From an uncultured Gammaproteobacteria bacterium (GTDB lineage: Bacteria; Pseudomonadota; Gammaproteobacteria; DRLM01): a stretch of 64,000 nucleotides of DNA. Shown piece by piece: positions 1-9,600 of this stretch; the stretch's first letter is position 1; every line of letters starts with the position of its first letter. The DNA lies in NCBI GenBank assembly GCA_963729605.1, contig CAVSNY010000006.1, forward strand, positions 192,001 to 256,000, read 5' to 3'. Position numbers and translations under genes: made by a program. The notes under the pieces were generated by a model, which saw only the letters and a program-made list of their open reading frames with translations, searched no databases and was not told the DNA's origin.

Positions 1-500
1 AAGAGCTGGGCATAGGCGTCGGCCAGGCGTTGCAGATAGGCCGATTCGATCAGCCGTTCGTAGGAAATACCGCGGCGTTTGATGCGCTCCAGCAATACGT
101 CCACCGGGGCCTGCAGGTAGATCACCAAATCCGGCCGCGGCGCCGCCACCGAGACGTGGGCATAGACCTGCTCGTACAAACGCAGCTCATCGTCGTCCAG
201 GGTGAGCTGGGCGAACAGCCGGTCCTTCTCCAACAGAAAATCGCTGACCAGACGGCCGCGGAACATATCGCCCTGCCGCAGGTGCTCGACCTGCTGCACC
301 CGCTGAAACAAAAACGACAGCTGGGTGGGCAACGCCGCCTGGCGCGGATTCTGGTAAAACCGCTCGAGAAAGGGATTGTCCTCGGCGCGCTCCAGCAGCA
401 TCTCGCTGCCGAAGGTCGCCGCCAACCGCCGCGCCAGGCTGGTCTTGCCTACCCCGATCGGTCCTTCGACGATGATGTAGCCTGGCGCGTCTTGACTCAT
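1..500 (-). CDS. Deoxynucleoside kinase (dGK/dAK family), 3' end runs off the window
   Basis: Manual translation from ATG at 500: MSQDAPGYIIVEGPIGVGKTSLARRL...NPFLERFY; P-loop EGPIGVGKT; ATGA overlap with folK stop; usual pcnB-folK-dgk order. Confidence 0.85.
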   Translation of the reverse strand, partial: MSQDAPGYIIVEGPIGVGKTSLARRLAATFGSEMLLERAEDNPFLERFYQNPRQAALPTQLSFLFQRVQQVEHLRQGDMFRGRLVSDFLLEKDRLFAQLTLDDDELRLYEQVYAHVSVAAPRPDLVIYLQAPVDVLLERIKRRGISYERLIESAYLQRLADAYAQL

Positions 501-997
501 ACCGCGGCGGAAATGGCCTGCAAGGCCGGGGGCGGGCAGCCCTCCATCAAACGGCGCAGGCTGCCGGCGCCCGGGATATGCAACTCGGGGGCGATCTCAT
601 GCAATGGGAACAACACGAAATCCCGCTCCGGCAAACCGGGATGGGGCACGGTGAGGGCCTTGCTTTCGTGGCGCTGATCGCCGTACAGCAATAGATCCAA
701 ATCCAAGGTGCGCGGCTCCCAGCGCTCGGTGCGGGTCCGGCCATGTTCGGCTTCGATGAGATGCAGCTCCTGCAGCAACTCATGCGCGGGGAGGCGGGTA
801 TCCAGCGCGGCGACCGCGTTGACGTAATCGGGCTGCACCATGTCGCCTAAAGGTTTGCTGCGGTACAAGGACGAATAGGCCACGCAACAGGTACCGGCGA
901 TGGCGTCCAACGCGGCTAACGCGCTGCGAATCTGCCGCACCGGATTATTGAGATTACTACCGAGCCCCACATAAGCACGAACCAGACTGGAATTCAT
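497..997 (-). CDS. folK: 2-amino-4-hydroxy-6-hydroxymethyldihydropteridine diphosphokinase
   Basis: AYVGLGSNL, QPDYVNAV, RWEPRTLDLDLLLY and LTVPHP motifs; follows pcnB. Confidence 0.95.
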   Translation of the reverse strand: MNSSLVRAYVGLGSNLNNPVRQIRSALAALDAIAGTCCVAYSSLYRSKPLGDMVQPDYVNAVAALDTRLPAHELLQELHLIEAEHGRTRTERWEPRTLDLDLLLYGDQRHESKALTVPHPGLPERDFVLFPLHEIAPELHIPGAGSLRRLMEGCPPPALQAISAAV

Positions 998-1035
998 GTT
1001 ATCCCCCTTGTGTTTTGGCAACCCCTCACCCGAAG

Positions 1036-2349
1036 TCAGTCGTTGCTTGTTGGTTTGTCTTGAACGACCGCCTTCCTTTTGGTCCGACGAGCACGACGCT
1101 TTTTTCCTGTCTTTTCTTCCGAGCGGACCCGACTCAGGCGCCCATTCTCATCCAAGGCCTGAAACTCTGTCCACCACCGGGATAATTCCCCCACGTCATC
1201 TCCGGCTTCCGCGCGCAACAGCAGAAAATCATAGGCGGCACGGAAACGCGGATGTTCCAATAACTTGACCGGCCGTAAGCCGGTGATCTTCTTCAACCTG
1301 GGCTGCATCGCCCAGATCTCCCGCATGGGAAGACTGAAGCGTTTCGGCAACGAAATGCGGGCCAGCTGACCGTCCACCACATCCCTGGCGACCTCCTGCA
1401 AGGCCTGCAACTCCCCTTCGCCGGCGACTTCGCGCTGCGCCAGCGCCTGCCGCACCGGTTCCCACAACAAGGCCGCGTATAAAAAGGCCGGCGTCACCGA
1501 CTTGCCCTCGGCGATGCGCTGATCGGTGTTGGCCAGCGCGCGCACCACCAGGGTCTTGGGAAAACCGTGTTCTTCCTGGGCGAGGCAGGCCTCGGTCTGC
1601 GGAAATAAATAACCGAACAGGCCGTAGCGGCGCAGTTGCTCGAAGGTCGCCACACCGTTGCCGGTCTGCAAGAGTTTGAGACTCTCGTCGAACAGGCGGG
1701 CGGCGGGGATCTCCTCCAGCAAATGACCGTGGGCGCGGATGGCCGCCTCGGTGTCGCGGTGGATGCGGAAGCCCAGCCGGGCGGCGAAACGCACCGCGCG
1801 CAGCATGCGGACCGGGTCTTCGCGGAAACGCTGCTCCGGGTCGCCGATCATGCGCAACACGCCGGCCCGCAAATCCTTCATCCCATCGACGAAGTCCACC
1901 ACCGAGAAGTCCTCGATGTTGTAATAGAGGGCGTTGATGGTGAAGTCGCGCCGCCAGGCGTCTTGCTCGACGGTGCCGTAGACGTTGTCGCGCAGGATGC
2001 GGCCGGTCTCGGTGCGGGCCTCGTCCTCGCTGTCGCCGTCGCCCTGGCCGCGGAAGGTCGCCACCTCGATGACGTCGCGCTCGAAGCGCACATGGGCGAG
2101 GCGGAAGCGCCGGCCGATCAGCAGGCAATTGCGGAAGAGCTTCTTCACCTCCTCCGGCAGGGCGTTGGTGGCGATGTCGAAATCCTTGGGCTCGCGGCCG
2201 AGCAACAGGTCGCGCACGCCGCCGCCCACCAGATAGGCGTCGAAGCCGGCACCCTTCAACCGGTACAACACCTTCAAGGCGTTGGGGTTGATGTTGGACC
2301 GCGAGATCGCGTGCTCCGAGCGGGGTATGATGCGTGACCGTGTGTTAAT
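1036..2349 (-). CDS. pcnB: Poly(A) polymerase I; probable ATT start at 2349
   Basis: LVGGGVRDLLLGREPKDFDIAT, LIGRRFRLAHV, RRDFTINAL, EDPVRMLRA; conserved N-terminus IIPRSEHAISRSNI lies upstream of the ORF-track start. Confidence 0.93.
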   Translation of the reverse strand: MNTRSRIIPRSEHAISRSNINPNALKVLYRLKGAGFDAYLVGGGVRDLLLGREPKDFDIATNALPEEVKKLFRNCLLIGRRFRLAHVRFERDVIEVATFRGQGDGDSEDEARTETGRILRDNVYGTVEQDAWRRDFTINALYYNIEDFSVVDFVDGMKDLRAGVLRMIGDPEQRFREDPVRMLRAVRFAARLGFRIHRDTEAAIRAHGHLLEEIPAARLFDESLKLLQTGNGVATFEQLRRYGLFGYLFPQTEACLAQEEHGFPKTLVVRALANTDQRIAEGKSVTPAFLYAALLWEPVRQALAQREVAGEGELQALQEVARDVVDGQLARISLPKRFSLPMREIWAMQPRLKKITGLRPVKLLEHPRFRAAYDFLLLRAEAGDDVGELSRWWTEFQALDENGRLSRVRSEEKTGKKRRARRTKRKAVVQDKPTSND

Positions 2350-2394
2350 GATGACCTTCCCAGGCGCGATGGCTAACTGCTTCTTTTCAAGAAC

Positions 2395-2422
2395 TTGTGT
2401 AGTTTGTGACGCCGCGTATAAT
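2395..2422 (+). promoter_or_regulatory. sigma70-type promoter of tRNA-Glu
   Basis: TTGTGT-16 nt-TATAAT ending ~35 nt upstream of the tRNA. Confidence 0.55.
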
Positions 2423-2456
2423 ATCCGCTTTTCGCGCTCAGCCGCAACGCATCATC

Positions 2457-2532
2457 GCTCCCTTCGTCTAGTGGCCTAGGACATCGCCCTCTCACGGCGA
2501 GAACAGGGGTTCGAGTCCCCTAGGGAGCGCCA
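2457..2532 (+). tRNA. tRNA-Glu (anticodon CTC)
   Basis: Acceptor stem GCTCCCT/AGGGAGC, anticodon arm TCGCC-CTCTCAC-GGCGA, T arm GGTTCGAGTCC, encoded CCA. Confidence 0.95.
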
Positions 2533-2640
2533 TTTTCAGCCGCCAGCCCACCCATTCCGCGGCCGGGCCGGGCATGACCCGGATCGTCGCGGACCGATCG
2601 ACCCCGGGGAATCGCTTCCAATAAAACCCTCGGCCGCCGG

Positions 2641-2667
2641 TTTAATAAACCTCCCCGGCGCCGATAG
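2641..2667 (+). promoter_or_regulatory. Candidate sigma28 (FliA) promoter
   Basis: AT-rich -35 region then GCCGATAG (consensus GCCGATAA) upstream of the small flagellar-like ORF. Confidence 0.4.
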
Positions 2668-2712
2668 CCTCATCAGGCATCCCGTCCAACCCGCATTCCG
2701 CGAGGTGAGGCC

Positions 2713-2952
2713 ATGAAAATCGACTCCGCCATGAACAGCGCGCTCCTCGGCATTCAGAAAGGACTCGGCGGCATGGAGCGCAACGCCGCCCAGGTGGCGA
2801 GCGCCGGGACATCCAACGGCGGCGACCCGGCGACGGATCTCACTCAAGCCATGGTGGAGCTGCAAAGCAACCGCCTGCAAGTCGAAGCGGCGGCCAAGGT
2901 CATGAAGGCCGCGGACGAAACCCTGGGCAGCATCATCGACATCCTCGCCTAG
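2713..2952 (+). CDS. Small flagellar basal-body rod/hook C-terminal-domain-like protein (79 aa)
   Basis: GAGG RBS; C-terminus DLTQAMVEL...AAAKVMKAADETLGSIIDILA resembles the Flg_bbr_C helix. Confidence 0.7.
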   Translation: MKIDSAMNSALLGIQKGLGGMERNAAQVASAGTSNGGDPATDLTQAMVELQSNRLQVEAAAKVMKAADETLGSIIDILA

Positions 2953-2963
2953 CTGCACCGTTT

Positions 2964-4256
2964 TCACAACGCCGCGGCGCGGCGGCGCCCCTCCTCCTCA
3001 TCGACGAAATACAACACCGCCGCCCCCACCACGAACAACCCCACCACCGCCCACAAAGACGCGCGCGGACTGCCCGTGAGCATACCCACCGCGCCCATTA
3101 GCGCCGGGCCCAGCACCGCGGCGAATTTGCCGAGCATATTGTAGAACCCGAAAAACTCCGCGGCCTTGTCCGCCGGAATCAGCCGCGCGTACAAGGACCG
3201 ACTGAGCGATTGCACCCCGCCCTGCACCAGACCGATCACCGCCGCCAGGATGTAGAATTCGTACACCTGCTCCATCCTCATCGCCCACAGCGTCACCGCG
3301 ATATACACGCCGATGGCGATGAACAAGCCGCTCTTGGCGCCGAAACGCTCGCCCAACTTGCCGAACACCAGCGCCGCCGGGAAGCCCACGAACTGCGTAA
3401 TCAGCAAGGCCACGATCAAACTCTCGGCCTTGAAGCCCAGCGACAAACCATAATCCACCGCCATGCGGATGATGGTGTCCACCGCGTCGATGTAACACCA
3501 ATACGCGATCAGGAAAGTGAGCACCACCCGCAATTGGCGGATTTCATGAAAAGTGGCTTTCAACTGCCGCAGACCGCCGACCACCCACTGCGCGACAGGC
3601 CGCGTTTCGGCCCCGCGCGGCTCGTGCACGAACAACATCACCGGAATGCAAAACAGCGCCCACCACAGCGCCACCATCACGAACGACACCTGCACGGCCT
3701 GCGCGGCATCGGCCAGGCCGAAACTCTGCGGCCATAAGGTCATCGCCACGTTGAGCGCGAACAGCAAACCGCCGCCGAGATAACCGAACGAATAACCTAC
3801 CGCCGACACCACGTCGTATTTCTCCTTGCGCGCCACCGACACCAGTAAGGCGTCGTAAAACACATTGCCGCCGGAAAAACCGATGGAGGCCAGCACGTAG
3901 AGCAGCACCGCCCACTGCCAGGCGCCCTGCTCCACGAAATACAACCCGCCGGTCATCACCACCCCCATGGCGGTGAAGAACAGCAAAAACTTTTTCTTGG
4001 CGCCGCCCTGATCGGCGATGGCGCCCAACACCGGCGCCAAGGCCACTATCACCAGGCTGCCGAAGGAATTGGCCACCCCCAGGCGCAAGGTGCTCTCCGC
4101 CACATCCGCGCCGGCACTCCAATAATTTTTGAAGAAGATCGGAAAGAACCCCGCCATCACCGTGGTGGCGAAGGCGGAATTGGCCCAGTCGTAAAAGGCC
4201 CAGGAAATGACTTTCTTTTTGTTTTCCACGCCGCGAAGGCCTCTGTAAAAAACCAT
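2964..4256 (-). CDS. MFS transporter, UMF1/ATG22-like family (start may be GTG ~4229)
   Basis: SWAFYDWANSAF, GYSFGYLGGG, QGGVQSLSRSLYARLIP, FFGFY; many hydrophobic helices. Confidence 0.9.
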   Translation of the reverse strand: MVFYRGLRGVENKKKVISWAFYDWANSAFATTVMAGFFPIFFKNYWSAGADVAESTLRLGVANSFGSLVIVALAPVLGAIADQGGAKKKFLLFFTAMGVVMTGGLYFVEQGAWQWAVLLYVLASIGFSGGNVFYDALLVSVARKEKYDVVSAVGYSFGYLGGGLLFALNVAMTLWPQSFGLADAAQAVQVSFVMVALWWALFCIPVMLFVHEPRGAETRPVAQWVVGGLRQLKATFHEIRQLRVVLTFLIAYWCYIDAVDTIIRMAVDYGLSLGFKAESLIVALLITQFVGFPAALVFGKLGERFGAKSGLFIAIGVYIAVTLWAMRMEQVYEFYILAAVIGLVQGGVQSLSRSLYARLIPADKAAEFFGFYNMLGKFAAVLGPALMGAVGMLTGSPRASLWAVVGLFVVGAAVLYFVDEEEGRRRAAAL

Positions 4257-4651
4257 GAATCACCCAGTGCGCCAAGATAACGCAGACTCGATGAAAAGAA
4301 AAAATTTAATGTCCCCGCGGTTTATCAAATCAGCGGTTGAAGTGGTGATTCACCGGCTGAAATATACCCCTCCCCTTTTCGGGGGCGACAACGTCTCCGA
4401 AGAAGGCTGGACGGGTGGATGAGGATCGAAAGCGGCGAATGCCCAAACCCGTCAGCCGCATCTCAAGCTTCTGCCGCAAGGGGGAAGGACTATCGATGTC
4501 TCTTTATTGGAGCCCCTCTCATAATGAATCACCGCGCTATTTTAAATAGGGCGTTCGTCCCTGCCGGAAGCGGGGGAGTTCTTGATATAGGTTCTAGCTG
4601 CCGAGTTAATAATGATGCGAAACAATCAACGCGCCCTTTGCACTTCCTGTC

Positions 4652-5899
4652 TCAAGTGACGCGCCCATCCCCCCACCGCGCATCGAACACCCGCCGCGTC
4701 TCGAACACCCTTGGAGCAAAACGCCGTCCGTCCGCCGTGAGCCGCCGCTTCAACACCCAATCGAACAACAGCGGGTGATGCCGGCGCAGTTCCGACAGCC
4801 ATACCGCCTCGGCCTCGTCGATAAACCCATCGCGCGCCAAGCCGCGCAGCGAAAACAGCGGCAAAACTCCCGGCAAAGGATAATCCGAACCATTGACCAG
4901 GCGGTCATGCCAATCGTCGCGCCGCAATAAGGTACGCAGATAAGGCCCGGCCCGATTGATTTGGGTGATGGCGGAGATGTCGCCGAACAGCCGGCCCTGA
5001 TAAGCCTCCTCGTCCATCAAACGCGCGAACAAGGTGAAATTTTCCACCCGCGGCCCGTCCGGCCCGCGATCCAGATCCACACTCGCACCCATCGTCGCGC
5101 AATGCCCGACGATCACCCGCACCCCCCGCTCCAAGGCACGGCGCAGCCGCAGGGGATTGCCGAGTCCTTGGTCGGTGCCGCCATGTACCGCGGATTCATC
5201 GCCGCCATGACTCAACAACGGCAGGTCATGACGTGCCAGCGCGGAGTAAAAACGATCGCAAGCAGGCGACGCCGGATCCATGCCCATCACCGGCGGCAGC
5301 CACTTCACGGCGCGCGCGCCGTGTTGCACCGCCCAATCCAGCGCCTCGACACTATCGGCGCGATAGGGATGCACCGACGCGATCCACTCGAAGCGCTCGG
5401 GAAACGCCGCCGCCACCGAGGCCGCATAGGCGTCGGGCACGTGAAACGCGCTCATATCCTCCCTGCGCCGGCCCGCCTCGTCATAACGATAATCAAAGGC
5501 CAGCAACATGAGCTTCACACCCGCCGGCAAACCCTCGCACAAGGCGCGCAACCGGCTCAAAAACGCGGCGTCCACCGCCCCGTCGTCCGTGACGCACGAG
5601 GCGTTGAGATAAAATCGGAATTGCGCCGATTGCACGGGATGCCACGGGCTGCGCATATCCGGATTCACCCACGCGCCGCTGCCCTGATCGCCCACCCCGA
5701 GCAAATGCGCGTGCATGTCCCAGCAAGCGGCGGGGTCCACATCTTCCCACGCCGCGCGTAATAACGGATGTTGCGCCAAGTGCGGCGGCAACACCGTCGC
5801 GGGACAGGGATTCCACAAACCATCGTCCGGCCACCAGCGGACACAGCCCGTACTCAGCGCACTCAATCCCAACACACCGAGAAAGGCGCGGCGCTTCAT
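4652..5899 (-). CDS. Amidohydrolase-family protein, predicted Tat-exported lipoprotein
   Basis: MKRRAFLGVLGLSALSTGC (twin-Arg plus lipobox-like Cys); DMHAH, SVHPY, HGG, NGSDYP metal-site motifs. Confidence 0.85.
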   Translation of the reverse strand: MKRRAFLGVLGLSALSTGCVRWWPDDGLWNPCPATVLPPHLAQHPLLRAAWEDVDPAACWDMHAHLLGVGDQGSGAWVNPDMRSPWHPVQSAQFRFYLNASCVTDDGAVDAAFLSRLRALCEGLPAGVKLMLLAFDYRYDEAGRRREDMSAFHVPDAYAASVAAAFPERFEWIASVHPYRADSVEALDWAVQHGARAVKWLPPVMGMDPASPACDRFYSALARHDLPLLSHGGDESAVHGGTDQGLGNPLRLRRALERGVRVIVGHCATMGASVDLDRGPDGPRVENFTLFARLMDEEAYQGRLFGDISAITQINRAGPYLRTLLRRDDWHDRLVNGSDYPLPGVLPLFSLRGLARDGFIDEAEAVWLSELRRHHPLLFDWVLKRRLTADGRRFAPRVFETRRVFDARWGDGRVT

Positions 5900-6255
5900 T
5901 GCGGACTTCCTTCCTGATGATTCAATCTTCGCGCCGCGAGCAGGCGCACCCGCCGCGAAAATGACCTGCACTGCGCGCCGTAGATGCGCGCCGGCAACAC
6001 GCCGCTGAAGCGGTCCGCCACCAATCCCGGCTTCTGATATGCCTTCATCAAGACGGCGGTCGGCGTGGCCAGGAGGTTCACGGAAAATCTCAAACGGTTG
6101 GGAATAAAGGCATAGAGCAATAAGGCATCGAGATAAGAGTGATTGGCTACGATCAACACCCATTCATCCGCCGAGTGGCAATGCTCCAAACCGCGCAACT
6201 CGACGCCGTACAGGCTCATCAGACACCAACGCACCATAGCTTTGATAAAAGTCAC
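5896..6255 (-). pseudogene. Truncated acyltransferase (Aas/PlsC N-terminal-like) fragment
   Basis: VELRGLEH...VLIVANHSYLD; catalytic HX4D shortened to HX3D; similarity fades after ~60 aa. Confidence 0.55.
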
Positions 6256-6516
6256 CGCGCTTGTTCCCTCTACGCAATCAATCTATCCGGGTTAAATAGC
6301 GAGCCGCGCAGCGCGGCCTAGAATAAATATTACCCCGCATTGCGGTCCGATACCCTGTTGGCCGCCGAGCAATACAATATCCCAAAAGAGCCGACCCTAC
6401 GGCTGATCTTTGATCTCCGCGGGCGGGATACGAGGCTCTTGATTCCATAGATCAGCGCGCTGATACTGATGAGCAATCGACGGTGGGCTATTCGTAACCG
6501 ACTAGGAGTTCATCCC

Positions 6517-6690
6517 ATGTTTAACTTCCTGGGTACCTGGTTTTGGCTGGGCATGGCCTTATGGGTGTCCGGGGGACTTGGTCCCACCACCTGGATGTGG
6601 ATGGTGTTCGCGCCCGCCTTCGGCTACTTCATCTGGGGCATACTGCGGACGGTCTGGTGGTTAATCAATCCACCGACTTCTCACCATTGA
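6517..6690 (+). CDS. Small Trp-rich membrane protein (57 aa), hypothetical
   Basis: AGGAG RBS upstream of ATG 6517; two hydrophobic segments. Confidence 0.6.
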   Translation: MFNFLGTWFWLGMALWVSGGLGPTTWMWMVFAPAFGYFIWGILRTVWWLINPPTSHH

Positions 6691-9600
6691 TCATGCCGTC
6701 AGTGTGATTGGCGTATTGGTTGGAATCTGCTGTGATCACTGTCCGGATGAGCGGGCGCAACCGCCCGTGCCTTTTCCGCCGCCTGTCCCGATCATGTTTC
6801 AATCCTCGCCCGCTCGGATGAGCGGGCGCAACCGCATTCGCCGCCCGCCTGGCGCAGCGGCAGGCGGTTTCAATCCTCGCCCGCTCGGATGAGCGGGCGC
6901 AACACGGCTTCATAAAGCGAAGTGGCGGCATGGTATCGTTTCAATCCTCGCCCGCTCGGATGAGCGGGCGCAACAAACACGCTGGTTGCCCCCGGCGGGG
7001 CCATTAACTGTTTCAATCCTCGCCCGCTCGGATGAGCGGGCGCAACCTGGGCTCGAGTTGCGCGATGCGATCGGCTACGGTTTCAATCCTCGCCCGCTCG
7101 GATGAGCGGGCGCAACTGGGCTCGAGTTGCGCGATGCGATCGGCTACGCGTTTCAATCCTCGCCCGCTCGGATGAGCGGGCGCAACAACGCATCGCCAGC
7201 AATTACAAACCGCTGAGCGATGTTTCAATCCTCGCCCGCTCGGATGAGCGGGCGCAACTCAGCAACCCACTCATAATCGCATCTACAGCATAGTTTCAAT
7301 CCTCGCCCGCTCGGATGAGCGGGCGCAACCGGCCGCGTGGCGGATCTATGCACCCTGCGCATCGTTTCAATCCTCGCCCGCTCGGATGAGCGGGCGCAAC
7401 CGTAAGCGTATGGGTTTGCGCAAGTACAACGCCGGGTTTCAATCCTCGCCCGCTCGGATGAGCGGGCGCAACACGGCAGCACCTACGAGGTGCGGGTGCG
7501 CGCGGTGTTTCAATCCTCGCCCGCTCGGATGAGCGGGCGCAACACCGCCGCCATCACCGCGCATGAGCTCTCGCCCGAGTTTCAATCCTCGCCCGCTCGG
7601 ATGAGCGGGCGCAACCTGCGCGGCGAATGGGGTTTGATGGCGGATGCGAAGTTTCAATCCTCGCCCGCTCGGATGAGCGGGCGCAACGGTTTTCATCTTT
7701 GCGGGCGGCGTCTGCGGGTATGTTTCAATCCTCGCCCGCTCGGATGAGCGGGCGCAACCATGGAAGAAGTGTAATGACTTCACTTTACGTTTTGGTTTCA
7801 ATCCTCGCCCGCTCGGATGAGCGGGCGCAACGCGTGTCCGTGCTGCACGCCGAATTGGTAAGCGAGGTTTCAATCCTCGCCCGCTCGGATGAGCGGGCGC
7901 AACCCGGCGCGCCGCCGGCGCCCAATGCCTTCGCGTAGTTTCAATCCTCGCCCGCTCGGATGAGCGGGCGCAACGGCGGCCGGTGGAGATTAAGCCGGAG
8001 GTGATGGAGTTTCAATCCTCGCCCGCTCGGATGAGCGGGCGCAACGTCTGGTGGTTGTGGTGCTGGATGTTGTAGTTCTCGTTTCAATCCTCGCCCGCTC
8101 GGATGAGCGGGCGCAACGTGCTGGCCGTGACCGCCACGCCGGCCGCGTTGGGGTTTCAATCCTCGCCCGCTCGGATGAGCGGGCGCAACTTAATCTGCCC
8201 CTCTTCGCGCACCTCGCCAGCGCAGTTTCAATCCTCGCCCGCTCGGATGAGCGGGCGCAACGTTTGGCGGACGTCATTTTGTCTATTTTTTGTACAGTTT
8301 CAATCCTCGCCCGCTCGGATGAGCGGGCGCAACGCGCGTCCCTTCACGCCTCCGCGTGGAGACGCAGGTTTCAATCCTCGCCCGCTCGGATGAGCGGGCG
8401 CAACGCGCATCGAGCCGCCGCGCAACGCATCGGCAGAAGTTTCAATCCTCGCCCGCTCGGATGAGCGGGCGCAACCAAGAAGCAAACACAACCCGAGCAG
8501 GCGCCGCAAGTTTCAATCCTCGCCCGCTCGGATGAGCGGGCGCAACGGTTGAGGGAGTGGTGCGATTACAACCTCTTCACGTTTCAATCCTCGCCCGCTC
8601 GGATGAGCGGGCGCAACGAGGTTTCAATACGTCGCCGTCCCTGAATATCAGGTTTCAATCCTCGCCCGCTCGGATGAGCGGGCGCAACCGCTTTATCAAC
8701 TCAACAGGAGGTTTCGTCATGCGTTTCAATCCTCGCCCGCTCGGATGAGCGGGCGCAACAACGAATCAAGCCGGCAAAAAGATTTTATTGACAGTTTCAA
8801 TCCTCGCCCGCTCGGATGAGCGGGCGCAACCGAGAACGGCAATAAACAGGAGCGTGTGAGATGGCGTTTCAATCCTCGCCCGCTCGGATGAGCGGGCGCA
8901 ACTCTGATGGTTGTGGTGCTGGATGTTGTAGTTTTCGTTTCAATCCTCGCCCGCTCGGATGAGCGGGCGCAACCCTGAGGCTGGCGCCAAGGCCATCGCC
9001 GAGGCGAGGTTTCAATCCTCGCCCGCTCGGATGAGCGGGCGCAACGTGAGGATGCCGGCGGGCTCTTCCTCGCGCATCTTGTTTCAATCCTCGCCCGCTC
9101 GGATGAGCGGGCGCAACGGTCGAATACCCGGAGGTGCCGTCCGACATAGCCGTTTCAATCCTCGCCCGCTCGGATGAGCGGGCGCAACCACCCAATCGCC
9201 ATCAAAGTCACGGGGCCTAATGGTTTCAATCCTCGCCCGCTCGGATGAGCGGGCGCAACCGTGCAATCGACCTGACACTGAGCCCGGATGGGATGTTTCA
9301 ATCCTCGCCCGCTCGGATGAGCGGGCGCAACCTGCATACGGCTTTGTGCATGCCCTGGATGCGCCGGTTTCAATCCTCGCCCGCTCGGATGAGCGGGCGC
9401 AACGCGGGGCGCTCGCCGGTACCAGGCCGTTGACGAGGTTTCAATCCTCGCCCGCTCGGATGAGCGGGCGCAACGCCAAAAGAAGCGCCACGCACGTGGG
9501 CTATTGCCTGTTTCAATCCTCGCCCGCTCGGATGAGCGGGCGCAACTGCAGATTATATGCAACGTGCCCGCGATGAGCTAGTTTCAATCCTCGCCCGCTC

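Noticed and set aside
30-677. 215-aa plus-strand ORF
   Set aside because: Antisense shadow of the kinase and folK genes
2457-6700. tRNA-Glu as integration site for the CRISPR region
   Set aside because: No integrase and no duplicated tRNA 3' end seen; intervening genes look chromosomal
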